In this document: piece by piece, positions 25,373-40,860 of the stretch
Position numbering within the stretch: the stretch's first letter is position 1
Layout: each line of letters starts with the position of its first letter
Origin: Octopus vulgaris
Lineage: Eukaryota
NCBI GenBank assembly: GCA_951406725.2
Contig: OX597821.1
Span: forward strand, 682,001-746,000
Reading direction: 5' to 3'
Length of the DNA: 64,000 nt
Position numbers and translations under genes: made by a program
Notes under the pieces: generated by a model
The model's database searches: none
What the model saw: only the letters and a program-made list of their open reading frames with translations
What the model was told of the DNA's origin: nothing

Positions 25373-28300
25373 TACATATACATACATATGCTTGTATATG
25401 CATATGTACATGCATGTCTATTCTATGAGGGGTGTGTGTGCATGTCTATGTGTACGTCTAGTTAGAAGACGCTTACACTCACAGTTAATGTTTAGTCTGC
25501 TTAAAGAAGCTGAAAGTCAACCATTCCTCTTCCCTTGCATGCCTTCATCACTGCACAGTGATGTATTTTTTGCAGACACTACACCACCACAACCACCACT
25601 ACCACCACCACCACCACCCTCTCTTTCCTCTTCCTTCGCCATACAGGCTATCCATCGTCTACTCCCCATCTTTCTCCTTTCCATTCCTGATCCTTAAAAT
25701 TACATTGCAATACTTCTTTTGTACCAGTGACAGCAGCAGTGTAATTTCACTAATGACACCCATACCACCACTACCACCACCACCACCACTACCACCACCA
25801 CCACCACTACTACCACCACCACCACTACCACCACCACCACTACCACCATCAGCAACACTAGCAGTAGTAATAGTGGTGTTACCTTTAATATCACCATCAA
25901 TAGCAGCTAAAACACCCTCGTTTCACTCTTACCTCCCTCCAGTGTATGCACACATACATACAGTGTCATATCCAACCAGATTACATACCCATAATGCTAC
26001 CCCTAATTCAAAATATCTACCAGCAAAGATTCCTTTAACTCACAGTATCTACTCTTAGTGCGATCCCACATTCACAACACCTACTAACAATGCTACCCTT
26101 AATTCACAATACCTACTCACAGAAACATTCTAGTTCCACAATACCCACCATTATCACACCACAATACTAGAATACTTGGTGATACTTCTCACAAACTCTG
26201 CAAGCAGTTAGCCATACTTTACCCCCAACTCTTACAACATCTACCCAGATTTCACCCCAATCCTACAACAAATACCCAAACTTCACCTTAACTACACTTC
26301 ACCCCAAACTTTGCCTCTAAACTCAACATTACTTGGCTACATTTCATTCCCAATTTTCCAACCCTTACCCTTACCTTTGTCTATACCAAATACCAAAACT
26401 TAACTATCTCCACATTTCTTACCTATGCTACATCCCAAATCCCCATTTTACCCCAAGTCAGGAAATAACTATCAATACTTCAGCCTTGTGCTATATATAT
26501 ATGTACCCACTCCTTTTTGCCTGGGCTTACATCAAAGGTACATTTCACCCTATAATTTCTCCCACTCCTTCCTCTAGTCTCCTTTCTCTTTCCCTCTCTA
26601 AGGCCTCATATATCATCTCACAAGCCATATCCACCACCACCACCTCCACCACCGCTGCCGCCACCACCATCGCCACCGCCACTACCACCACTACCACCAC
26701 CACCTTGCTTTCTCTGTATGTCTGTCTGTCTCTCTCTCCTACTTCCTCCTCTTCACTTAATCTTTTCTTTCAAATTTCTTCATTTTCTCTCTATAGAGTT
26801 TTTCACATTTGCAGGCACGCATGCGCACACACATACACAGATGCATACACGTTTGTGCGCAGACCTATATAAACATGCACACACACACACACACTCATGC
26901 TTTCATACACACATACACACATGAACACACACATGAACACATGTATATGGGTGCACACACAAACACATACACGTTTACACCCATGCATGCACATGTAAAT
27001 GTACGCATCTAGGTGATTACCTGTCTCTATATGTGTGTATATTATATATATAGATGTGTGGAATGTGCATGGTGGGTGGGCTTGCATGTCTGCATTTTTT
27101 GGGGGTGTTTTTCTGTGTTAAGAAATGTAAATACATGCATGGGACTACTTCTGCTGGTATCTATATATCACATATACGTTATATATACACACACATACAA
27201 ATCCATCTAACCATACAGACACACACATATGTATACACATATACATACATACGTACACACACACACATATACACACACATACACAGACACACAGACACAT
27301 ACATTTGTACATACGCACATATATATCTATATACACATATACATATGTACACACACACATATATATATATATATATGTACACACATATATATATATATAC
27401 ACACACACGCACATACACACATATGTTTACACATATATACATACACATGTACATATGCATATATATATACACGCACATATACATACACACATATATATTC
27501 ATATGTCTAGACACACGTTTATTTATGTGTGTTCTGTACATTAGTAAAATATATCTTTGTATTAACGTTTGTGCATATAAATATATATATATGTGTATAT
27601 ATATATATATATCAATGTTTGTGCACTTACATATATATGTACACACACACACACACACACACACACATCTATGCTTCTATATTCACCCATTTCTTCTCTA
27701 TATATTTTCCTTTCAGCACCAAACTACCCCCTTCACTCCTACTTTCTGCATTTGCACCTTTGTCTGTCTCTAAGTCTACCAGAATGGGTGTGTGTGTGTG
27801 TGTGTGTGTGAGTGTATGTGCACATATGTATGTGTGTGAATGTGTTAATGTCTATGTATCTATCTCTTTATCGTGCTGTCTGTCTGTCTTTCTCTGCTAC
27901 CCCCTTTATTGCGTTTCATTTCCCCCCTCCATTAATTTCTGGTGCCACTCCCTTTGCTGTCAACAGCACTCACCCCTCCAACACCTCTACAATTATCCCC
28001 CACTCGCAGCAATCAGAACACACACTCCCTCTATCTATCTATCTATAAGGGAGTCCTGATGCCGTGGCCTGTCTTGCTAGAAATAGCAGCCAAATCCTTC
28101 TCAAAATTGCATAATATAGGAAAAATAAATAAATAAAATAGGCACCTCATAGTTGGCCTGTCTGTGATCATAAGTGTGCTCAGTCACAGCTGACCTTGGG
28201 CTAAACAACAACAACCCACACACAAACATAAATACACACATTCTCCCTCTCTTTCCCTAAAACCTGACCCTTATACCACCAACACCTAAAATTTACTATC

Positions 28301-30057
28301 ATGGGGAGGTGGGGGCTCTAATCACCACCTTCACCATCACCACCACCAACTGTGCTACTAGAACTATAAAGCCCTTAAATTTCCAACCATATCTATACAC
28401 ACCCACCCACCATGGCACCCACCTCGACCACCACATTAGCTTCTGTAAATTCCCTTTCAAATCCTACCATTGCCATAATTTCCTCTCCCTGCCACCGATC
28501 CCTCCCCCGCTCCCCCCTCCTCTAGACCCTTCTGTCTGTTTACTCCAGTCAAGGTTGACTCATTCCATTCCCTTCTTTGCCTGTTTGCTCCAGATATATC
28601 TAGAGAGAGTCTGGATCACTTCCTCATGCTGTCACCGCCACCACCGCTGCCGACAACAATTCCCCCACCACCACCACCACCATCGTCGCTATAAATTCCG
28701 CTATTACCATCATGCTAGAAATAGCAGCTAAATCTCCCACCACTCCCCTTCCCTCAAATCACACACAGCAAAAAGACAACAGGAGACATTTGATAATGTA
28801 GTCCATGGTACACTTTAGTTTAGTAGATGGTCATGGATGGAATGTGCTTGATCATGAATCTATTCAACTGAGACTGACCTGAGGTTAACCAACACCCCTC
28901 TTACTCTCCACCTCCCTCTTTTGCTCTGCCAATATCATTATCTGCTATGGTAGACTGCATTTTGTTTCCAGATGGAAGAATAGGGTTCACATAGATATAT
29001 GCATGCAGACATGCATATGTGTGTGTGTGTGCGTGTGTGTCTACATGTGTAAGTACATACCAATGGTGATATTTTCAATATGTATAAATACATTGTGTGT
29101 CTGTGTGTGTATAATCTGTGTGTGTGTGTTCTGTGTATTATGTGCATGTGTTATGTTTAATGCATATGTGTGTGTGTGTGTATGCGTTGTGTATGCATGT
29201 GCTTATGGTTATATATGTATGTATGTTATGTGTGTTTGCATGTATGCATGTCTGTGTGTATGCATGTGTGTGTGTGTTGTGTATGTATTTGCCTGTTGTG
29301 AATATGTATGCATGTTGTGTATGGGCATACATGTACTGTATATCTGTGTGTGCCATGTGTATGCAATGTGCACATTTTGCATGCTATATGTGTGCACATG
29401 TATATACATGTGTGTGTGTGTGTGTGTGTGTTAGCTTTTACCAGTTGGATATGCTTTTGTGCTGCTGAATCACTCAAGCATGAAGTACAAAGAGGAAAAT
29501 GAACCACCAGCCAGGTTGACCTTAAACAAGCAGAGTTATCTGCCTTACTTAAGGGGTACACATTCAGTCGACAACACTAACAAAATTTGAACATCTCTCT
29601 CTGTCTCTCTCTGTCTCTCTCTGTCTCTCTCTGTCTCTCTCTGTCTCTCTCTGTCTCTCTCTGTCTCTCTCCATATACATATATATATATAAAGCACAAG
29701 CACTATTAGCTGTTAAGGTGTTTATAAAAGTTGCCACAATTTCGTTTATCTTCATTAGTAAACCTTCTATGCTGGTATGGGTTGGATGATTTTGTGTGTG
29801 TGTATGTATGTATATATATATATATATACATACACACACACACACACACATACACACACACACACATTTATAATGCATCTGTATTCACTTGTATATTTAT
29901 ATAATAAAGATAAAGATAATTAGCAGTTTAAAAGTATGTTTAAGACTTGTTCAATTTGGTATTCATATATGTGTGTGTGTGTATATATATATATACACAC
30001 GCACACACATATATATATTAATATGCACTTATATCTGTTTGTGTATGTATATATTGC

Positions 30058-30088
<31 letters not shown>

Positions 30089-30435
30089 ATTATACACACA
30101 TACACACATACACACACACACACATACTTACAATTCACACATCAATATCCATTTCTCAGGCATTCTGATTCTCTCATTTATTATCCATCAATGATTTAGT
30201 GTGTATGTGTGTGTTTGAAAAAGAGGGGGGGAAGAAGAAGACAAGGAAGAAGGCAGGTAGGTAGGTAGGTAGGTAGGTAGGTAGGTAGAAGAATAAGGGT
30301 AGAAGTAGTGGAGAAGAGGAGAAAGAGAAGAGGAGAACGAAAGAAATGTGAAGAAGAAGTTTAAGAAGAAAAAGAAGATATTAGATGTATAAAGAGTTGG
30401 GTGTCGGAAAAGGTATGTGCTGGGAATGCGTGTCC

Positions 30436-30555
30436 GGTGGTGGTGGTGGTGGTAGGTGGCGGTGGTGGTGGTGGCGGTGGTGGTGGTGGTGGTGGTGGTG
30501 GTGGTGGTGGTGGTGGCGGTGGTGGTGGTGGTGGTGGTGGTGGTGGCGGTGGTGG
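30436..30555. repeat. (GGT)n microsatellite
   Basis: Directly visible. Confidence 0.95.
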
Positions 30556-31357
30556 GGAGTCCCTTTCATCATCCACGGCTGCCGCAACCACCTTCTCCAG
30601 AGTATGTTTCAGGAAAATCTGAGAGAGATAATGATAGAAAGAGAGAGAGAGAGAGGGAGAGAGAGAGAGAGAGAGAGAGAGATGAGACAGGACAGGAGAC
30701 AGACAGATAGACAAGCAGACAGACCGACAGGCAGACAGACACGCCTACCAGCCGACCATGAAGGCAGACAAAGCAGATCAATATAAGCAAAGGAATTACC
30801 CCTTCGCCCCACCGCCCACGAGCTGTAAAACATCCGCCACGGCATTCCCCCACCACCACACCCGCCACCTTACCTTTGTTCTTTCCCTTTTCGTCTCTGC
30901 CCCCTTAACATTGCCCCCACTTTTCTTTCTTTCTCTCTCCCTCTCTCCATTCCTCTTATCCCCCCCTCCAGCTCTTCTCTACCCCCACCTCTTCACTCTT
31001 CCTCTGTGCATGCTTTAGGAATGGTTAAAAGTCAGGTCTGCTACAAAGCATGTTTTGGAATTCCCCCCTGCACCTTCCCCTCCCCTCCCCCCACTTGCAT
31101 ATTTCTTTTTCCTCCAACCATCACCTCTACCACCATCACCACTATCATCACTATTACCACCACCACCTGCATCTCCACCACCATCGTTAATGGTATCAGC
31201 ATCATCACCATCATCACAACTATCATCAACACCAGACAAAACCACCACCACCACCATTGCAGGAGGGAAGGGAGGAATCTTTATGTGGTCCGTTTGACAA
31301 AGTAGAAATAGTAGTCAAGTCTCCCTCAAATCACACCCTACCAACTTCAACAGCAAA

Positions 31358-31394
<37 letters not shown>

Positions 31395-31872
31395 TCAATA
31401 AAAAAGAGCAGTGGGTAATTAAGAGACAAGATTGTCATGGCTGGAAAGCCTATTTGAATAGAGCTGATCAGGGCCTAAGTAACACCACCACCACCACCAA
31501 CACCTCCATTACCACTACCACCACCATCATTACCCACCCCCCACTACCACCACCATTTCTACAGCTGCTAGCACCATTCTATGAAGGCAATATTATAGTA
31601 ATTAACCAATGGTTGTTAAAGGAAAGAAACACACAGACACACATACAAGCTACATACGTTCGTATGCATAATTACAATTAACACATATACACGCATACAT
31701 ACACAACCCTGCATGCATGCATGCGTGCTTGCACACACATTACATGTATATACAGATATATATGCATACACATATGCAGATCTTCAAGGTTTATATTTTT
31801 GAAGTTTTACTGAAAAATAGTTGTAAAGTTGTGATTTTGTGGTTATAGGAAGGAGAAATTATATATACTCTT

Positions 31873-32248
<376 letters not shown>

Positions 32249-33275
32249 TGTTTCTTTATTAGCCACACAGGGCTGAACACAGAGGGGACAAATTACAAAG
32301 TAGAGCTTTTCTTTTTGGGGAGAAAAAAAATAAAATAAAAATAAAAAATAAAAGGGGGGGTAGGTTTTAGATCAAAAGGGATTGTAAAAAGAGAGAGAAA
32401 GAATAACGATCAATAGGGATCATGTATCACAGAAATGTCATGATGTAAAGTGTAAAGGGGGAGGCAGATAAGGTTTATCCGTGGAAAGAAGAGCCAACAG
32501 AAAAGACCACTGTAACCTCGGTCAATAATGTCACATGTTAACACATTTATTTGCAAGTAAGTAACTCAGTTTAAAATTTTTCTGGGTTCATAGGATTATG
32601 CTCAAGGTGGCTTCGTCATTCATACGTGACATCCTTGCTACATTCACCCATCTTTTTTTTAAACATTCCCTAGACAAAACTTGTCTCTCTAATCTCACTT
32701 TCCTTTTCAAGTGATACTTGAAGAAGTTGATGAGAGATTGACCAGAGAGGAAAGTGTTTGTCTCCAATCCTTTCAGACGCGTCCACCAGATACATTCTTT
32801 CGCCATAGCCACAAGGATGATGAAAATAGCTCTTCCTTCCCGTTTGAAGGAAGGAGGTGTGACAATATTGATGATAGATTTGGCTGATAAACTGACTCGT
32901 CCCACACATGACAGCAGTTGTTCAACATAAGCGCACAGGTCAGAAATGGTTGGACACTGCACGAGTGCGTGCAGAATGGTTTCATCGCTCTGACCACATC
33001 TTAGGCAGGTTGGTCCTGTGTTTCTTGAGCCATGTCTGTAGAGCTTATCCTGAACAGGTAGCACTTCTCGGTAGCACTGCCAGACCAGGGATCTCTGGAA
33101 GTTGTCCATAGGTCCTGAAAGTCATCTTGAACATACGGGTCAGGTATTCCTCGTCGCCGCCCAGGTTTTCCCCGAGATCGTTGTCATACCTCCCCTCCAC
33201 TAAACCTCTATAGAATGCTTTGGTTGTGTTGTAGTTGCTTAAGGTTGACCTGGGACGGCATAGTTGCTTGAGAGC
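32249..33275 (-). mobile_element. Tx1/L1-clade non-LTR retrotransposon, 5'-truncated copy T1
   Basis: ORF2 C-terminus with zinc knuckle CLRC...ETILHALVQC (ORF 32588-33109), then 3' UTR ending aataaagaaaca; both ends abut (GATA)n. Confidence 0.9.
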
Positions 33276-33479
33276 ATAGATAGATAGATAGATAGGTAGG
33301 TAGACAGAAAGATAGATAGAGAGAGAGATAGGTAGATAAATAGATAGATACAGAGAGAGAGATATAGGTAAATAGATAGATAAATAAATAGATAGATAGA
33401 TAAATAGACAGATAGATAGATAGGTACACAAATATGCAGAGACAGAGTTGTGTTCACACACATTGTTATAAAATATTTC

Positions 33480-33670
33480 ATAATCATCACCATCATTTCA
33501 TGCATGAATATTATGCCGACGCGAGTCAGATGGTTTGACAGGATCCATTGAACTGAATGGCTGCACTGAGCTGCTAAGTCTTCTTTGGTATAGTTTCTAT
33601 GGCTGGATGCCTTTCTTAATACCAAACACTTTACAGAGTGTACTGAATGTCTTTTACGTGACAGCAGCAC
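33480..33670 (-). mobile_element. SINE-like family A (diverged)
   Basis: tttctatggctggatgcctttcttaataccaaacactt. Confidence 0.6.
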
Positions 33671-33731
33671 TAGTGAGATTGCCAAGAAGCTTGTAAGACA
33701 AAGAAAAATATTCCTCAACAGAGCAGGCATG

Positions 33732-33818
<87 letters not shown>

Positions 33819-33965
33819 CAATGAAATAACGCTTGTAGTAAAATCTGAAATTTTGATCATGCAACTTAGAAGTTTGGCAAAAGATAACCATTATAGTAAG
33901 TACTGAACTTAAAAGAAAAAAAAAACCTGGGGTCCACTAATTTATATATATATATATATATATAT

Positions 33966-34242
33966 GTATCATGGACTTGCCTGTCATTAGACGACATATG
34001 AGGGTTCAGCAATTTCTGGCCAAACAACCACACGGATGACCTGTTTATAGTGATCAAATGTTTGTGTTCACATAGGCTCACTCCCTCCATCAGATTGATA
34101 TTACCTGTACAGGTGCAATGGGTGCCACATGTCAGATGATGAAATGATTGCAGAGCAATGTGAAATGAAGTGCTTTGCTCAAGAACACAATGATCTTGTA
34201 ATTGTGAGTGCAACACCCCAACCACTAAGCCATGTGCCTTCA
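33966..34242 (-). mobile_element. SINE family E
   Basis: Reverse complement gaaggcacatggcttagtggtt...gttcttgagcaaagcacttcatttcacattgctc. Confidence 0.7.
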
Positions 34243-34271
34243 CCAATATATATATATAAATATATATACAC

Positions 34272-34629
34272 ACACCAATGCTAGAACAGGACGACACTGC
34301 ATAGTGCCAAAGATCCCAGCAATGCCATCACGCTTCAGGACCAGCTTCTGCAACACCCTGGGTTTCAAGGGACTTTTTAATATTCTCCCAAAGAGTCTGA
34401 GGAACTTGCAAAAGTAGATGTAGCGGTTTTTAAATCAAAGCTGCACATCTTCCTGTCAAGAGTCCCAGATGAAACTACCTCACGGCAAGAGGTGCAAATG
34501 AGAGTAGCTATATCAAACTCCATTCTTCACCAAGTGCCACATATCAGACGAGGTTCGTCGTAATAACAGTGTAGCACAAAACGGCGGTGCATCAGCATGG
34601 CCGCAGCTCTGAGCTGAAACTAGAAAAAC
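34272..34629 (+). mobile_element. CR1/L2-group LINE 3' end (ORF2 C-terminus plus 3' UTR)
   Basis: TNARTGRHCIVPKIP...GLFNILPKSLRNL..FKSKL..FLSRVPD resembles the CR1-group C-terminal FN.LP..FK..LD motif; followed by the tail ggcggtgc..cagcatggccgcagctctgagctgaaac. Confidence 0.7.
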
Positions 34630-34819
34630 TATATATATATACGTTTAAATATTTGTTGTGCAAGATTTTTTATGTGAAGTCGTGTGTTGAAACAGATATT
34701 GTTATATTTCGGAATGGTCATATTGCCAGTTTAGCCAATATATATATATATATACATGTAAATATTGTCAGTTGTTCATATATCTGAAAAAGAAGCACCC
34801 TTAGAACAGTAATATACAT

Positions 34820-34915
34820 TTTAGGGAGTTAATTGTTATGGCCAGTCATAGAGTGACCATTGATTTTGTACCAGTAAAGTGCTTAGCAGTATAGTCAACT
34901 TGTCAGACTCAAATG
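34820..34915 (-). mobile_element. Penelope-like fragment with decayed hammerhead (same family as 52901-53103)
   Basis: Reverse complement gagu-CUGACAA-guu...ac-AAAAU-caaug-GUC-acuc. Confidence 0.6.
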
Positions 34916-34960
34916 GCTCAGATACACACATACACAAATATATATATACATAAATACATG

Positions 34961-35258
34961 CAGTTGGACCTCAGTTTGTTAACACCTCTCATCACAAGCA
35001 AATTGGTTTATGAACAACTTTTTGAAAATAAAGCGTCCTGGGTGAGGAACAGTGCCTTGAGTAACAAATGATGAGTGACAAGTTGGGAGTATCATTGAGA
35101 AAAAGTCAGTTGTTGTCTAGCTTTTACTCAGTCTACATTTCTGCAAGAAATTTGCTGTGCATTCTCTGGAATTTTCTATAGGGTTTCAGTTTCAGTTTAC
35201 TAACATTTTTGGGTGACAAAAATAGCCTTCAGGAATGAATTAAATTCATAAACCAGGA
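34961..35258. mobile_element. Tigger/pogo-like MITE (decayed)
   Basis: Starts cagttggacctcagtttg..caaattggtttatgaac and ends gaattaaattcataaaccagg, as in CAGT-terminal Tc1/mariner MITEs. Confidence 0.45.
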
Positions 35259-35339
35259 TGCTGAACCTTTCAGGTGAGATATCAAAGGATGGAGATGCTT
35301 GGCACCTTCCTATACTCAAGAAGACCTGCGCTCTGCAGT

Positions 35340-35842
35340 AGAAGTGTTCAGAGTGGTTCCTCTGGTGATGAAAAGCACTTGTGGTGGCACAACGTAAAAG
35401 CACCCATATGTAAAAAGCTCCCAGCACACTCTGTAAAGTGGTTGATGTTAGGAATGGCATCCAGCCATAGAAACCATGTCAAATCACACTGGAGTCAGGT
35501 GCAGCTCCCCAGCTCTGATCAAACCACCCAACCCATGCGAGCATGGACAATAAATGATAATAATGATGATGATTATGATATATATATATATATATATATA
35601 TATGCACGTAAAAAACACCATTTGAGTGTGGCCGTTGCTAGTACCGCCTGACTGGCCCTCGTGCCGGTGGCATGTAAAAGCACCCACTACACTCAGAGTG
35701 GTTGGCGTTAGAAAGGGCATCCAGCTGTAGAAACTCTGCCAGACCAAGACTGGAGCCTGATGCAGCCATCTGGTTGCCAGCCCTCAGTCAAAACCCTCCA
35801 AACCATGCTAGCATGGAAAACGGATGTTAAACAAAGATGATA
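35340..35842 (+). mobile_element. Two tandem SINE-like family A copies
   Basis: Cores near 35440 and 35700, each with a (GAT)n tail. Confidence 0.8.
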
Positions 35843-35927
35843 TATATATATATATATATACATATATATACATACATGTATACACATACATACACATATA
35901 TACATACATACACATATATACATACAT

Positions 35928-35983
<56 letters not shown>

Positions 35984-35989
35984 ACACAC

Positions 35990-36243
35990 TTTCCCCATTC
36001 ACTACACCACCAGTGCGCTTTCGCACAGCTCGCTTAAGTTCTTCATGCTGCATAATTTGCTCTCTCAAAAGGGTCGACCCCCTCCTTAACCTGCTTCCTC
36101 CATCTGTGACGATGTCAGGCATTGCTCTCCCAGTCAATCTCCTGCATATCACAGGCCTATAATGAGGACTTGACAAAGTCCTTAAATTGCAGTCTTGGTT
36201 TCTGCTGGGGTCTCCTTCCATTCACAAGTTTCCCATATAGCAT
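35990..36243 (-). mobile_element. RTE/BovB-type LINE 3' ORF fragment
   Basis: Reverse complement translates to LYGKLVNGRRPQQKPRLQFKDFVK...[17 protein letters not shown]...FE, the RTE C-terminal motif. Confidence 0.8.
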
Positions 36244-36246
36244 TTG

Positions 36247-36278
<32 letters not shown>

Positions 36279-36483
36279 CAAACTGGGAGAAGAATGTAAA
36301 ACATTTAGAAGACGATATAAAAAACATGGACGGGTCATTCGAAGCCTTCAATCTTCAGTCAAGAACCAGATCATCCTTGCAATACATACACACATACATA
36401 CATATATATATACACACATATATGTACATACACAAGTATATATATATATACATATATACACACACACACAAACACACATATAT

Positions 36484-36514
<31 letters not shown>

Positions 36515-36627
36515 TACACATATCCATTCCTTATAGTGATGATATATGCATATATCTACCTCAGAATTCCTGCAGTTATCTATGTATCTTACTACAATTC
36601 TTGTCTATAACCACATTGCACCAATAT

Positions 36628-36687
<60 letters not shown>

Positions 36688-37190
36688 GCTCAACAACTAT
36701 ATTTATCTGACACAATAGTATATTTCAAAAACTAAGAGAAATAAGATAGATAGAAAGGAAAAAGGAAACGAACCAGATGAATTTTTTTAAAAAACAAAGT
36801 TTATGTAACAAAGAAAAAGAATGACAAAAACCAAAAAATATGACTTTGGGAAAGCAGCAAAAAGAAAAAAAAAAGATATGATTGGCTATAACTGAGAAAT
36901 GTGATTGAAAATACAAGTTGACAAGAAGTACATACTAAATAACACACACACACACACAGATGCTCAAGCATACATATGTGTGTGTATCTTGTCAGATACA
37001 AAGGCATATATATATATATATATGCATACAAATGTGTATATGTGTATGTGTGTGTGTGAGAAAAGCTATAGAAAAAATTGCAAATTTGCAAAAAGTAATA
37101 CTCCTTTTTTTTTGTAGGTGAAGGTGTCTGTACATATATATGTGTACATATGTATATACATGTTGTGTTTGCACTGTGTTTATGTGTGTG

Positions 37191-37234
<44 letters not shown>

Positions 37235-37328
37235 TAGATATATATACTATTTGTGTTTATATATATATATGCTATATATATATACACACACACACAATTT
37301 ATATACTATATAGATCCATACATATATA

Positions 37329-37380
<52 letters not shown>

Positions 37381-37894
37381 CTTATACATCACGCATATAC
37401 ATCTTATATCACAAACACACATCACAACTATGAATGTAACAGAAAGTGGGTATGTTTTTCCACTTTTCTTTCTTCTTCTTCTTCATCTTCTTCATCTTCT
37501 TCAGTTCTTTGTTTGAGTCAATAAGCAAAGTATTCTAAAGATAAGGAAATGCCCAGAAGTAGCATCAATAACCGTTTATTCTTTTAAGAATAAAAATAAA
37601 AATAGCAATAAATAAATAAAGGATAATAATACTTGAGAGAGAGAAAAAAATTTATTGCTTGATAAGATGAAAATTTATTCCACTAAAAGGAATTGACAAG
37701 ACTCAGTTATTATAGGCATGGTATGTTGATGTGTGTGTATAGGTCTATTGTATATATGTGTGGGTGTGTGTGTGAGTGTGTGTATGTGTGTGCATATATA
37801 TATATAAGAGAAGGAGAGACAGATATGGAAGTCCAGTAAAGGTCATTTGTACTACACCTTTTCACTTAACCATAATGAATGTATTATATATAAA

Positions 37895-37936
<42 letters not shown>

Positions 37937-39593
37937 TATATTTATTATAGCATAATTATATATTGTATATATATATATATATATATATATGCATACATAT
38001 ATTTAGCATATATATCTAATACACATACAAATACACACACGTATGTATATATACACAGATGCATGTATATATACATATACACATATCTATATATAATTTA
38101 TATGGCTTAATTTATCTATACACTCGCATATACATAATAATAATAATCTTAATTGCTAAACATTAAACTAGTTAATAGACTCTACAGTTATATAGTTAAT
38201 GAAACGTATGTATTTTTTGCTGTATTTTTCTGTGTGTATTTTTTGCTGTATTTTTCTGTGTGTATTTTTTGCTGTATTTTTTTGTTACTTGGATGGTTCT
38301 TTATAGGTGTGTACCTCGGTCTGTCTTTAGATATATTTTTATCTAAGCACACACACACACACACAATATTCATGTACATGCAGACACACATACAAACATA
38401 TATATACATACATACACACACATGCACATACATATATACATATACACACACACATATACACACATATATATGCACACAAACACACATATACACACTCACA
38501 TACATATATACGCACATACATATATGTATATATATATACATACACATGCACATGAATATATACATATACAAACACACATATATACACACACACACATATA
38601 CACACACACATATACACATGCATACATATGCACACACGCATATATACATACACACATTCATGCACACACATACACACATACAAACACATTAATATACATC
38701 TTATATAGATATTGACACACACACACACACATATGTATATAAACACATAAACACAGTGATGTGTGTATATTTTTTATATCATATATCCTTTTTATCTGCT
38801 AATTTATTCTGTTTAATGTCTCATTTTAAAGTCTGTTTTGAAGACTTGTTCTATATTTTATATTACTTTTATTCATTATTTATAGTCCGTCTCTAACTTG
38901 ATTCTTTAGTATTTTTATCATTTTTCCACAGATTATTTGTGTGTGGTGGTGGTGGTGGTGGTGTGAGTTGTTTGTGGAGAAAACATAGTGAAACTGTGGT
39001 GGTGAGGGAGACGATGATATTGGCCATGACAGCAGGGGTGGGGGTTGTGTATGTGTATACAATAGACACTCTGTGTGTGTGTGTGTGTGTGTGTGATGGG
39101 AGAGTGCTGTTGTTGTGACGGGTGAGGCTCGTCCGGAAACGGAGTTGAAGAAAATATCATTGTAATAGCAAAGAGACGCGTGTGCGTGCGTGTGTGTGTG
39201 TGTGGAGGTGGAATTGTAAAAGTTGTGTCCAAGAAGTGCAATTCTACCATTTTCTTGCAAGAGCTGGCTAAAAAGACATTAAAAAAAAAAGAATTCCTTT
39301 TGATAATAAAAACAACAACAACAACGTTAACAAAAATAAAAAATGACCCACAAAAACAAAATAAAAAATGCTCACAAAAAAAATGTTGGAAAAAGGAAAC
39401 AACAACAGAGATAGGACAGAAATCAAAAGACAGAATAAAGGAGGAGAAAAAATAAATTAAAAACATAAAAATAAATACATTGAATAATTAATAAGGCATT
39501 TTATTTTATTTCTTTTCTTGTTTTTTTAAATTTATTTTTTATTACTATTTTTTAGTTAGATAATTTTTTGCTTTAGTTTATATATACATATAT

Positions 39594-39634
<41 letters not shown>

Positions 39635-39839
39635 CATACATATAAATAAAACCATTCTTTGAAACTGATGTTTTTCTAACATTTTGTGTATGTAAATGTG
39701 TTGTATGCACACGCACAAACACACATATAAATCTGATATTTGTTAGGCACACTCATACATTCTTAAAGAGATATACATACATGCATCTGCACATTTTACA
39801 CATACACACACACATATACATAAATACGTACATAGATAT

Positions 39840-39882
<43 letters not shown>

Positions 39883-40631
39883 GTTATACACAAACATACA
39901 AGTATACATATATGGACACATACATATATACAAATAACACACACATGTAGAAAGAGACGAAGAGAGAGTGAGAGAGAGTGAGAGAGAGAGAGAGAGTGAG
40001 AGAGAGGGCAGTCAAACACGTTAATTTAATATTCCCCATTATAAAGAAATGCTACTGGCAGGGCTGTGTGTGTATGGCAGTGGGGATACGGGTAGGAGGG
40101 GAACAGTATTAGTGTCTATTTAATTCTTCATAAATTCGTTTATTAGGGAGATAATTCAATAAAATACGAAAAGGGAAATGTGAGATTTCAATAAAGCCTT
40201 CTATATACACACACATACATGCAAACACACACATACAAGCAAACACATAAAACCCAAAGAGACAATTTTCCATTTAAATAGTCTAGCTTGAGATGTTTTA
40301 TTTTACTTCGTTTATCATCATTATACATGTAATATAATAATAATAGCTATTATTATTATTATGTTGGTATTTTGAAAGATATTTAAGGAAATATTCCTAA
40401 ACTGATGAGAAGAAATCCAAGATGGAGAGAAGATGCTGGGTTTTAAAAAATGGATTTGAGTTATGTCCCTTGGACTTGCGACAAGAAGCGGTGACAACTA
40501 AAATTAATTGTGCTATTCGAGAATGTTCCGTGATAGGCGAGCAGCGGTGTTTTGTGTGACAAGTGTTCTTTCATACTAGAATGGGGACGATGGAGTTATG
40601 CTTTGTTTACAGTAGCGTATGTGTGTTTGTG

Positions 40632-40689
<58 letters not shown>

Positions 40690-40711
40690 CACACGTACAC
40701 ACACGCAAACA

Positions 40712-40744
<33 letters not shown>

Positions 40745-40860
40745 CCTTTTGATCGAAACCTTAAATTTATTTTCCTTTTTCTTTTCCACCCTCGAAAAGA
40801 AAAGCTCTACATTTGTATTTGTCCCCTCTGTATTCAGCCCTGTGTGGCTAATAAAAGAAA
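40745..40860 (+). mobile_element. Tx1-type element copy T2 (3' UTR end only)
   Basis: Matches the last ~115 nt of T1, T3 and T4; 5' end abuts (TATC)n at 40712-40744. Confidence 0.85.

Noticed and set aside
39200-39290. Possible minus-strand splice acceptor and exon (tcttttag|CCAGCTCTTGCAAG...)
   Set aside because: No convincing donor or recognisable peptide.
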